Shown piece after piece: positions 1-10,403 of a stretch of 29,884 nt of DNA. The stretch spans positions 52,802 to 82,685 of the forward strand of contig JAWQFM010000030.1 in the NCBI GenBank assembly GCA_033442325.1, written 5' to 3'. A model generated the notes under the pieces. It was not told where the DNA came from, made no database searches, and worked only from the letters and a program-made list of their open reading frames with translations. Origin of the DNA: Salpingoeca rosetta (Eukaryota; Protista; Choanoflagellata). Positions within the stretch are counted from its first letter, which is position 1; the number at the start of each line of letters is the position of its first letter. A program made the position numbers and the translations under genes.

Positions 1-519
1 ATGTGTGTTGGACTGGGGCGTTGTTTGTGGGTTGTGTGGCGGACCTGTTCTTTCCTCAGTAAATGGCTCGATGAAGATGATGAGACCCGCTTGACGGTGG
101 TGATGGTGGAGCGGCGGTGATGTTTGTGGTGTTGGTGTGGCTACAGACATTGGTGTGTTGTGCCAACCAGGCAAGACCAAAGAAGCGAGGAGGGCGCGGC
201 TGTTGTTCCTTTCGGCGACAAAGAGCGTCGGGTTGTTTTGCTGGCTGGCTGGAGGCTCTTCATCCTGTTTGTTTGTTGTGTTCCTGTCGACATGAGATTG
301 TTGACGAACATCTTCCACGGAAGCGCTGCTGTGCGGATAACCTCTGCAAGGTTTTGCGAATCGTCCAATGGCCGAGTCGCAAAACAACAACACACAAAAC
401 AAAGGAAACAAACAAAGCAGCGCGTTGAGTTGTTGTCCTCCATTTTGTCGTCGTCTTCTTCCAACCACTTACGAACACGTCACAACAAGCCACAAGGAGA
501 AAGACGACGCGCCGTCGCC

Positions 520-3500
520 ATGTCCGGCGGAGAGAAGAGAGCAAGGGAGGAGGTGGAGGCGTTGCTGGCGCAGACGAAGGTGAAGGATGGGGTGAAGAAC
601 AAGATCAGGGCCATCGCCAACAACACGTGTCCGGGGGGAATAGAGTGAGTGCAAAAGCAACCAAAACGACGTGTTGCAACATGCATGCATGTGTTGGACA
701 CTAGGCCACAAGGACACTTCTTGTGGTTGTACTCGTGCTTATTCTCCCCCTCCCTCTCTGCTTGGCTTGTCCTTGTGTTGCAATGGGTGTGGTGTGGCTT
801 GCTGTTGGGTGTTCACGTGTGCGTGTCCTGTCCCCTCGCACCGCCTGGACACATCAACAGAGAGAGAGTGTGTGTGTGTGTGTTTGTGGCAGGTTGTGAC
901 TGACACCCTCATGTTTTTGCTGTCTCGATCCTCAGTCTTCTTGCTCATTTCATGACACACACCATTCATTTGTAATTACAGCTTGGGTGGTTATGGCCTC
1001 GGCGTCATTGAGGCGCGTGCGGTGGCCGAGGCGCTCAAGGACAACACCTGCCTCGAAACGCTCGAGTGCGTGGTGATGATGAATCTGCATCGTGTGATAT
1101 GCATGGTTGATTGGGATGGCGGTGTTGCATGTTGCACCCCTTTCTCCTCCCCTGCTTGCGCATGTTTGGACGTGTGTTCACCTTCGCTCCCTGCGTTTCC
1201 TTGTGTGCCTGCACAGCCTGGCAGTCAATTCCATCGGCGATGAGGGCGCTGTGGCGTTGGCGGAGATGCTGAAGCACAACACGGCCCTCAAACAACTCTA
1301 GTGAGTGTGTACACGCACACATGCACACATGTATGCTGCGTCACTGCCATTGCACCTTATCACGTGCACATGTGTGGTTGATGGGGTGGGGTTCAACGAC
1401 TGTGTTGACACCCACAACAATCATCATGACGCACGCATGTGGCATCATCCCCCTGTGTGGCATCCACCATACCGTCTTGACAGCCTGAGTGAGAACTCCA
1501 TCGGCCCTGAGGGCGCCGTGGCGTTGGCGGAGATGCTGAAGCACAACACGACCCTCACAGCACTCGAGTGAGTGGAAGCTCCTCTTTGCAATGTGTGTCT
1601 TTAGGCGCTTCTTCCGCAATACCCGTGTGCAGATGGAGGCACCGCAAGCCACCCACGATGTCTGTGCGACTTGCTTGTTTGACCAACAAATGCTTCCATC
1701 CTTCATATGTGCCACAAGTGCTGCCACATCCTGTGCAATTTGCATTTGCCCCCTTTGCTTCCGCCATTGTGACTTCAATGTCGTAGGACCTGATGTGCGA
1801 GCGAGTCCGCGTGCACGTGGTCCATCTGCAACCCACTTTTATCCATGACACTGACACGTGTTGCTTGCCCACCCGTTCCCCTGCTCTTCCAACATGCACT
1901 TCTTGCCACTTGCAGCTTGCGTAACAACTCCATCACCCCAGTTGGCGGTGCGGCGCTGGGTGCCGCACTGGACGAAAACCGCACGCTGGAAACACTCTGG
2001 TTTGTCGCTTGTGCTGCGCCTGCCTCATGAACGCCTGTGTCCTGTTGTGGATTTGTGTGACCAATCGCCACTCTTTTGAGTGCACGCCACACTGTGTGTT
2101 CCTCTTTACTTGCTTGCATTTCTCCACAACCCTCCTGACCAACCCTCCTGACGCACACACCACACTTGCTGCTTGTTCCCAACCACACACTACCACCACG
2201 TGTCCTCGTTCAGTATTCGGAAGAACTCCACCGCCACCGCCCGCGCCTTTGGTGCCGCGCTGCCCGTCGACCGAGAACTCATCACAGACTGGTCAGTCAA
2301 TGCGTGCTTCCACTCTAGTCGTTCGCTCCTTGCCTTCTCTCTACCCTTCACCTCACGCACACACGCTGCGTGATGCTTGCATCCAATGTCGCGTGGGATC
2401 ACAGGTTTGGCGACGATGAGGGCAACGCCGCCTTCGACGAAGCACGCGCGGAGAAGAAGCGGCAGCATGAGCAACTGTTTTCCGCCTGCAGGGATGGCGA
2501 CGCTCCCGCTGTCACGTCCCTCATCGAGCAGGACAATACAGACATCAACCAACAGGACAAGCAGGTATGTTCATTATGTGTGTGTGTGTGCTGTGCTTGT
2601 ATGTGAACGGCGCTCGCTCATGGTTGCACCGGCCGTGCGTTCGTTTCCAACAGATCCTCACCACACGTGCCATGCCCCTTGCTGCCCCCACCCATCCACA
2701 GGGCGACACGCCACTGCACGTTGCCTGCAGGCACAACCATCCCGCCGTCGTGGAGCTACTCCTGAAGAAGGGCGCAGACACTGCCGTCAAGAACAAGAAG
2801 GTGTGCTTCGCGTCGTGTTGCTGTTTCTGAAGACGTGACACGACTGCTTCTTTGCTTTGCGCTGTCCTCCCCCTCTCCCTGCTTCCCTCCTTCCTCAACT
2901 CATGCGTTTTACCTTTCCAACACACGCAGGGAGAGACGCCCTACGATGCGGCACAAGCCAGCGGCCACGCTGCCATCACCAGCATCCAAGGGCTGAAACC
3001 AGGCGGCAAGCCTTCGGAGCAACCACAGCAACAACAGCAGCAGCCAAAACAAGAGCCACCTGCGCCCACTCCTGCCGCCGGACCGAAGCAAGAAGAACAA
3101 GCAGCGCAAGACGTGAGTGATCAGAAGAGTGCTTGCTTGCAACGCACAAGCATATGCATCACGTCACCCATGCCATTCCTTCATCACGCTCTCCGTGGTC
3201 TCGTATCAAGCATAATCATGATGTCTCACACAACCATCACCACCACCACCACCAGCAGCAGCCCGAGCAGGCGCGCAGGGAGCGTCTCCAGCAGCGCATG
3301 CGGGAGGTCATAGCACGCTTCAACGCGACCATGGCGGGCAGGGCCAAACTCATCTTTATTGGTCAGGGGCGCGCCGGCAAGACTTCCACGTTCCACTCGC
3401 TCATGGGTCACATGTTCAACAAGCATGAGCACTCCACCCTTGGCGCCACCTCAACCGACCTCGCCGTCATTGTCGAATCAATGGACGTTCACGACTGGCA

Positions 3501-3650
3501 GGTGTGTACCCTTGTCTGGTGCGAGCATGTGATGTGTGCGACGCATGGGTGTGAAGAGAGGTGTTGTGAGTGACTCGATGACACGCACACACACACACGC
3601 ACGTACACACACACACACACACACACACATCCGCACACACACATACACAT

Positions 3651-3684
<34 letters not shown>

Positions 3685-6600
3685 CCTTTGCAGGAGCTGG
3701 ATGCGGAGATCTCGGAGTTGATGCGCAGCCTCTGCGGAACGGCGCTGGCGCAGGAATCTGGCGTGGACTTGCAGATGAAGCAGGCGATGATGAAGGCGAA
3801 GGCCGACTTGGGGAGCCGCGTTGCCCAGCACCAGCACCAACAGCGGCAACAAGAAGCCGAGAAGGCAGAGAAGGCAGCTGCTGCCAAACTGAAGCAAAGA
3901 CAGTCACAGCAGTCAATGGAGACGCGGTCACGGCCATCCTCCCGCACGTCATCATCGACCGTCCCAAAGCCCAGCAAGACGTCTCAGATGTCAGCATCTG
4001 CGCCCACGAAGCAGGCCACCCTAACCCCTTCCAGCCAAAGTGATGCTGCTGCGCGTGACAACAGCAGCAGCACCACGCCCGGCATGTCTGCTGAGGAAAT
4101 GGAGAAAGCGATCAAGGAGTTCAACATGGATGCCGTCATGGGCGAGGGCAAAGCACGGGTAACGTTCAAGATCTTTGACCTGGGCGGCCAGTCCACCTTC
4201 TACATCTTTCACCCTTTCTTCCTCACCAAGTGAGTACTTCTGTGTGTTGTGTGTGTGTGTGTGCGTGTGTGTGCGTGTGCGTGTGTGTGCGCATATCAGT
4301 CCCAGTGCACGTGTAATTGCTGTCACCCTAGATTCGGCACCCTCCACCTCACGGCCCCCCCACCCTACCTTCAACTCACACCCCCCCACCACACATACAA
4401 CCCACACCAGGTACGCGGTGTACCTGCTGGTGTTCTCCATGGAGGACCTGTTGCACGAAGACGAGAGCCATCGGGCAGAGGCGTGGGAGTTTATGGAGCA
4501 CTGGCTCTCCTCCCTCCACCTCCACGCAAAGGGCGCACCCGTCATCATCGTCGGCACCTTCGCTGATGTGGTCAGTCAGCGGAAGCAGCACGAGAACATC
4601 TCGCGTCACATCTACAGTCGCCTGCGCCACAATCCCGCCTTCCCTGGCGTCATCCACAACGACAAGCATGGGCTGTGGTTCTGGCCCGTCGACAACACCA
4701 AGTCCATCAATGACCCCATGATCCAGGACCTGCGCCAGACCATCTCCTCCACAGCACTGGCGCAGGAGTACGTGAGCCAGGAGGTGGCTGTGCCATATCT
4801 CCACCTCTACGACAAGCTCAACGCCATCGCCCGCGATGAAAAGCGGCCGCTGCTCACGTTTGATGAGGTGGTGCAGATTGCGCGCACATGTGGGCTGCGC
4901 ACACGTGAGGAGACAAGAGCCTGCCTGCAGTTCCTGCACTTGTACTCCATGGTGCTGTACTACGACAGCGTGCCTGGCATGGAGGACTGTGTGATCCTGA
5001 GTCCGCAGTGGGCGGTGGACATGATGACGCGCGTCATCCGCAACTTTGATCTGCACCACGACGTGCGTGATGGCAAGGCGAGGGCCGTTGGTGCCGACGT
5101 GTGGGACGACCTGGTTGACCGCGGCATCCTGCACCGCCGTCTACTTGATGTGCTGTGGAGGGACTTGGAAGGTGGCATGGTTGACCCGTTCCTCCAACTC
5201 ATGATGGAGTACGGGTTGTGTATCCGGTACACGGCACCAACGGTGCTGCTGCCCGGTCCTCAACAGCAACAACAACACCACCAACAGTACCTCGTCCCAG
5301 CCATCCTGCCGATGACGCTGGAGGACGAACAGGCGTCCTCGTCGGTGACTCTGAGCACGGCAGCAGCACAGCAAGCAAATCCGTATGTTGGATATGAGGA
5401 GAAGACAGCCTACGTCGCCTTCAGCCTGAGGGAGTTCAAGAGGGGTGTAAGCGCCAAGATTGCAGACACGCAGCAAGCCTCCTTCCTGCCAGAGGGCCTG
5501 TTCCCGATGGTTCTGGCACGCGTGATGGCACACATGCAACACGGTGCAGCAGAACCGCCCATGTTGAGCCGCACAGACGCCGTGATCTTCATGGACGTGG
5601 CTGAGATCGAGATGCAGCTCGTGCCGGCTGTTGGCGGCATCAAGATCAAGGTCATGACTGCACGTCCTCGCACGCTGCTGCACATGCTGTACGACACCAT
5701 CACTACAGCTGTCACGCAGCGCTACCCCGAGCTCAAGGCCACGTTGCTGCTGCCATTTAATGACACAAGGCTGCTGTTCTTCGAGGACGTGCACACCCAC
5801 CACACGAACAAGAAAGCGCTTCGCGTTGGCCGCTCACAGCTGCTGTCACCAGAGGATCTGGTCGCCAAATATGGTCCACTCTTGCCAGTTATGGGTCAGC
5901 AGGACAAATACGACGCCTTCATCAGTTACAGGTGGGACATGTGTGTGTGTGTATGTGTGTGTGTGTGCGTGCATGAGTGTGTGCATGAATGTATGGTGCG
6001 ATCTGGGTGTCTTTCCTTCCCTCTCTCTTCCTTTCTTATTTCGACATTCACCACCACGCCACAGGCAACGCGGCAACCGGGGTTTGGTGATGACCTTGTC
6101 CCCTAAGTTGGAACAGCACGGACTGGTGACCTTTGTGGACAGCAACAACTTGGAGACAGGCGTCAACTTCAAGTACGCGTGCATGGCAGCTCTTCAGCAC
6201 AGCGTGGTCGCCTGTCCCATCGTGTCTGTCGGTGCCATCCATCAGATGCAGCATCGCTCGGCCACACTGGACACTAGAGTGGACCCTGCGGTCACGGTCC
6301 CCGCGCCCCTAAGACTGACTTTGAATGGGTTTACATGCAACAATCCGTCTGATAATTTCCGCATGAGCCGCGGCCTGTGTTAAGAACTTGAGTACGATTG
6401 CAATCGTTCCGAGGGGTAACGTCTTGTTGGAGTGGATGCCGATGCTGGAGCTGCAGCAGCTTGCTCGCCCAGCATCCAGACAAGGTCCACCTCCGCCCGC
6501 ATCGTTCCGCTCTTCCTCGGCAGTGGCTGGCACGACAGCAGTCACCATGTTATGAGCGCGGGCGGAGGGTGAGCGAGTACGACTCGTTTGACCGCCTGAA

Positions 6601-6906
6601 GAGACTGGCAACGAAGTTGCCGGATGTTGTGAGCAAGAACACGGCGGCAGCGCTGGACCAGTTCTTTTCACAGGTGCTGCGATTGCCACCGCCCCAGCAG
6701 CACAAAGAGCGTGCGGGAAGTGGTGCTGTCGCTATTTGACATTGATGCGGTGATTGCGGTGGATGCCGGTGTGGACCGCACGTCGCAGCTGCGCGACATT
6801 GCGGAGAAGGTGCGCCAGGTCGTCGTCTCTGCCGGCAACGAGGAGCAAGCAGCACTGGGGCCAGGCACAGCGCGTGCATCCAAGAAGGTATGCGCGCTGT
6901 GCTGTG

Positions 6907-6965
<59 letters not shown>

Positions 6966-6978
6966 GGTGGGTGGGTGG

Positions 6979-7014
<36 letters not shown>

Positions 7015-7411
7015 GTGTATGCAGGCGCACTCTTTCCTCTCATCCACTTGGCGTGCGTGGTGTGTCTTGCTCAACCCCGCCAACTTGTCTGCCGTGCAGT
7101 CCTTCTTCTCCTCCTTCTCCACCTCCTTCTCCTCCACAACACCTGTTACACCGCTGCCCGCCACCCCTTCCTCCTCGTCCTCAAACTCATTCGAGCCGGC
7201 GCTGACTGCATGGCTCAAACGCCACTCGCTGCTACCGCACGTTAAGTCCGCGCTGATAGAACACAGCATCGACACGTTGGAGGTGCTGGTGGTGTCCATA
7301 CAAGAGGGTGACCTGACCAAGGAGGTACTCAGGGAAGCCGGTGTGAAAATTGGACCGGCAATCAAGCTGATTCGGGAGGCAAAGAAGTGTGACGTGGACA
7401 GTTTTGTGTAG
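520..7411 (+). CDS. Roco-family protein A (LRR-ankyrin-ROC-COR-TIR-SAM), multi-exon; TIR exon disrupted in this sequence (possible pseudogene or sequence error)
   Basis: Hand-spliced GT-AG exons with consistent phases: 520-644, 982-1065, 1217-1300, 1484-1567, 1916-1999, 2214-2291, 2405-2564, 2702-2800, 2930-3112, 3256-3501, 3694-4229, 4411-5931, 6065-6887 (disrupted), 7100-7411. Recognisable LRR, ankyrin (GDTPLHVAC), P-loop (GQGRAGKTS), COR-like, TIR-like (YDAFISYR) and SAM-like motifs. Confidence 0.85.
982..2291 (+). repeat. LRR exon array of Roco A: four 84-nt phase-2 exons plus one 78-nt capping exon
   Basis: Exons 982-1065, 1217-1300, 1484-1567 and 1916-1999 are each exactly 84 nt and encode one 28-aa ribonuclease-inhibitor-type LRR (e.g. 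[27 protein letters not shown]). Exon 2214-2291 is a degenerate 78-nt unit. Confidence 0.9.
2405..2990 (+). other. Ankyrin repeat region of Roco A (~2.5-3 repeats)
   Basis: [30 protein letters not shown] | [33 protein letters not shown] | [13 protein letters not shown]; the middle repeat is a 99-nt (33-aa) phase-0 exon at 2702-2800. Confidence 0.9.
3340..5880 (+). other. ROC GTPase plus COR domain of Roco A
   Basis: G1 GQGRAGKTS (3361-3387), G2 STLG, G3 FDLGGQ (DLGGQ at 4177-4191), YLLVF, G4-like VIIVGTFAD (GTFAD at 4553-4567). These are followed by COR-like motifs [41 protein letters not shown] and [13 protein letters not shown]. Confidence 0.85.
3581..3683. repeat. Intronic imperfect (CA)n microsatellite
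   Basis: Direct reading; lies in the intron that splits the ROC domain. Confidence 0.95.
5909..6760 (+). other. TIR-like domain of Roco A (interrupted and frameshifted)
   Basis: YDAFISYR|[54 protein letters not shown] matches TIR_2-type motifs. After an unrelated segment, NVLLEW (Glu codon 6430-6432) and, in shifted frames, RIVPLFLG continue the domain. Confidence 0.75.
6910..7018. repeat. Intronic (GT)n/(GGGT)n microsatellite
   Basis: Direct reading. Confidence 0.95.
7190..7390 (+). other. C-terminal SAM-like domain of Roco A
   Basis: [29 protein letters not shown]...[25 protein letters not shown] fits the SAM pattern WL..L..Y/V...F/L....ID...L...LT...L...G+..G....L. The exon at 7100 is in frame with the phase-0 donor at 6888. 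Confidence 0.7.
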
Positions 7412-7929
7412 TGTAACGAGTTATCGTTCTGTTTCCTCTCATGTTTGCCGTCGTTGTTCTGCGCTGAGTTACTTCTGCCCTTCCGTCTTTAAGTTCGACG
7501 CCTTTCATCCAGTCCTAGCGCCCGACTGTCGTAGACCACCACTTGCACCGCTTCTGTCCCTTGTTGCTCCTCAACTCGTCAAGACGTGCTTCGTTCTGCT
7601 TGTACACTGTTCTGTACCTTCCGTGCTTTCATTGCCCTGTGTCATGCCACCACTTCTTGCTTCACCTTTGTTCCACAACACATCCTCCTTGGATTCAGAA
7701 CACACATGCACATCACCCACTTCCCATGGGTTTTCATCCACGTCAGCCATCCACTTCACACCACCACACACTCACAAGTGTGAACGCGTCAACTGACTTT
7801 TTGATGTGAATGTGTACATGACCATGACACGTCAACAAAGCAAATGCATAACCCTTCCGCCACCCAACATGATAACCCCCCCCCCCCCAGCCACCTGATC
7901 ACACGCGCTCAGGCCTCCTTCCACTGTCC

Positions 7930-10140
7930 TTAGAAGCGGTTCACCAGCGAGACGTCAGGCCACCGCCAATGGTAGTTTGTGGAGTAGCAGTTGCGCAGCA
8001 CAACGCAGCCAATGTCTGACAGCCCGTGCATGTTGTCAAAGGCGCAACTCTGCAGAACAAGCCGCTGAATGCCTTGGAAGCAATCAAATTCCATGATGGC
8101 ACACTTGTGAAGGTGGCAATTGAATACTTCTCGACAGCCTGTGATTGACAGGCTGCCAGGACCATCCGACACAACATTGGAGGGGGCAATAATGGGCACA
8201 TGCTGAGCAGGAGCGGCCCTCACAGTCAATTCGTCAAGAAAAAGCGTGCCAATGGAGGTGAAGCCAACCCGCCCACAACAACTGTGTAGCGAGGCCCTGT
8301 GGCAGCGCGCAATGTCTTGATCGAGCGTGCAGGACGTGAGGCGAAGGTATTGTCGGTCAGAAAGCAGGTGGATGCCGTGCATTGGGTACTGGAATCGCCC
8401 GTGGAGAGTTAACGACTGCACCGCCGGCCCGACCCATTCGCAGTGAAGCTCGCCTTTGACAAGGCCATGCAGCTCTTTCACACAGGGCGGCACCGGCCCA
8501 TCCACGTTGACGCCATCGACACAAACGTGCACATGGTCAGGGATACCATTCAGGGCACTGACATTCCTCACACAGTCCTTGAGCACGAGCTTGTCGGTGC
8601 GCCGGCCGAGGTCCACAAGAAACTCGCGTGACAACGCTCTACGAAACAACTTGAGTGCCAGCACATTGGCGTGCACAAAGTCGGGCAGCTGCGGCATCGT
8701 GAAGGGTGTTTCATCGGCAATCACAATTCTGTCAACGCGAGTGGGGCAAGTGAACTTCTTCACTTTTGATTGCAGTCGCAACTCAATGTGGGTGGCGTTT
8801 GGCAAGTGCAGCAGTCTTGGCACTGCCAGCATGTGTGCGAGCGTAATACGGGTGCCATCGAGTTTGTCATTCTGCAACTGCACCTGACGGAGGCTGAGGT
8901 GTTGCGCCGCGGTCACCACCGCGTCATCGCCGCTCAGGTGTGCGCCAACAACGCCGAGCTTTTCCACCCCGAGCAGCGGCGACAGGTCCAACGAGCGGCC
9001 GTACAAGCGAGCAAGCCTGATTTCCGGAATGCCCGCGTTCAACATGCCCAAGTCGGAGATGGAGGTGCTGTCGCTCAGTTCAAACCGCTGCACGTCTTGA
9101 ATATCGCCACGAAGGGTCCGCTGATTTCGAGCACACCACGTCACACGTTTCACGTCATGGATTGTAACGTGGCCAATCTCAGTGGATTGGATGTCAAGGA
9201 AATCGATGTGACACGCGCTGAGCGACTCCAACGGACTTTGAATGACCAGGTTCACGTCAACCCCACGCGAGTTGGCGAGCAGCGACGTGCGGAGCTCATG
9301 CCACCGATCAGCATCACCCTGGCACATGAATTCAGCCGTGAGCGAAAACAGTGCTGGGGCGAACGCAGCGGTGACTGTGACCCTGTCACCAACGTGCTGT
9401 TGCTGCTTCTGAGAGTGCTGTGGTTGGGCGCTTCGGGTGCTTGTCCCTCCTGCATCCGTGGACGTGCTGGTGCCTCCTTCTTGCTTGCTTGCATCTGCAC
9501 CGTGCACACTGCTGTCGTGCTCACTGGCGTCGAGTGCCTGATTCACGTCTGCGGCCCACGACTCGACGTCTTCAAGGGACGTGTACGTCACGTGTCCAGA
9601 GCGTGCGAACCGGTGCCAGAAGCCCTGCGTCTGTGGAGGAGACTGGAGCCTGGAGCGGAGAAAGGTGCACGTGCTTTTCCACGCCACACCCAGCCAACAA
9701 TACGCGAGGAAGCGGTTCTCCAACCACACGACGACATGCGCAGTGTCGTCTTCTTGTAAAGGGAGCGCGGTGGCTGGCATGGCCATCGCGAGGGCCATCA
9801 TTGCCGAGGTGGTCGCTGCGTGGGCGGGCACAAGAAGGTCCCGTTGGAACGCGTCAACCCAGTGCTCAGTCGTTCGGCTCTGGCGATTCCACACGTTTGT
9901 GCTCTTTGTGAACACGGTGGACAGGCACCACTTGGGCATGGCCCACGGCAGGTCATGGTACAGCTCGCGGCAAGTCAACATGAGGTTGAAGTACGCGCGC
10001 GCCACGTCGCGAGGAGGGCACTCCTGGGGCTTGCTGTCCAGCTGTCCCCCGAACACCCCGGTGCCCTTGTACTTTGCTTCCTGCTCTGCTTCCAACACCA
10101 ACGTCTCCGCCACCAGCGCCCACGCTGCGCCGTCGTTCAT
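7930..10140 (-). CDS. Intronless 736-aa hypothetical protein; degenerate LRR-like C-terminal region, possible divergent F-box-like N-terminus
   Basis: Uninterrupted ORF from ATG at 10140 (MNDGAAWALV) to stop at 7930. The upstream in-frame extension to 10329 is CAA/CACAA low-complexity sequence and probably leader. The C-terminal half shows recurring LxL motifs (LSPLLGVEKL, LPNATHIEL, VQSLTLHG, FQGIQRLVLQSC, LSDIGCVVLRNC). Confidence 0.8.
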   Translation of the reverse strand: MNDGAAWALVAETLVLEAEQEAKYKGTGVFGGQLDSKPQECPPRDVARAYFNLMLTCRELYHDLPWAMPKWCLSTVFTKSTNVWNRQSRTTEHWVDAFQRDLLVPAHAATTSAMMALAMAMPATALPLQEDDTAHVVVWLENRFLAYCWLGVAWKSTCTFLRSRLQSPPQTQGFWHRFARSGHVTYTSLEDVESWAADVNQALDASEHDSSVHGADASKQEGGTSTSTDAGGTSTRSAQPQHSQKQQQHVGDRVTVTAAFAPALFSLTAEFMCQGDADRWHELRTSLLANSRGVDVNLVIQSPLESLSACHIDFLDIQSTEIGHVTIHDVKRVTWCARNQRTLRGDIQDVQRFELSDSTSISDLGMLNAGIPEIRLARLYGRSLDLSPLLGVEKLGVVGAHLSGDDAVVTAAQHLSLRQVQLQNDKLDGTRITLAHMLAVPRLLHLPNATHIELRLQSKVKKFTCPTRVDRIVIADETPFTMPQLPDFVHANVLALKLFRRALSREFLVDLGRRTDKLVLKDCVRNVSALNGIPDHVHVCVDGVNVDGPVPPCVKELHGLVKGELHCEWVGPAVQSLTLHGRFQYPMHGIHLLSDRQYLRLTSCTLDQDIARCHRASLHSCCGRVGFTSIGTLFLDELTVRAAPAQHVPIIAPSNVVSDGPGSLSITGCREVFNCHLHKCAIMEFDCFQGIQRLVLQSCAFDNMHGLSDIGCVVLRNCYSTNYHWRWPDVSLVNRF

Positions 10141-10403
10141 GGTGAGAGTTGTGCTGTGTTGTGTTGTGTTGTGTTGTCTTGCTTGTTGTCTTGTGTTGTT
10201 GTGTTGTTGTGTTGCAGTGGAAAGTTGTTGCATATCTTTAGTCGCTGTTCCGCCTTGTTGCTTGCAAGCAAACACTCGCCGTCCGATTTGGTGTTGTGTC
10301 AAACAAACAGCAGTGTCCTGTTCACGCACTGCACGCTCTCACGCTCCCACACACTTAACCAACTGTTGTCCTGCCTGTTGTTCGTCTCTCAGCTCAACGT
10401 TGA
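10141..10403. promoter_or_regulatory. Short divergent (bidirectional) intergenic region
   Basis: Only 263 bp separate the minus-strand ATG (10140) from the plus-strand ATG (10404). The region is rich in GTT/GTGTT repeats. No specific motif was identified. Confidence 0.5.

Noticed and set aside
1-464. Possible minus-strand gene start divergent from Roco A
   Set aside because: It is a short ORF partly made of low-complexity sequence with no recognisable domain, and it is truncated by the window edge.
6258-6287. Resemblance of CCACACTGGACACTAGAGTGGACCC to a BstXI/SpeI/BamHI vector polylinker
   Set aside because: The match needs several indels and could equally be degraded TIR coding sequence. 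It cannot be supported without a vector screen.
10141-10329. N-terminal 63-aa extension of the 799-aa minus ORF
   Set aside because: It starts at a non-ATG codon and consists of CAA/CACAA repeats like those in the leaders before both Roco ATGs. The ATG at 10140 is preferred, though an in-frame ATG further upstream cannot be excluded.
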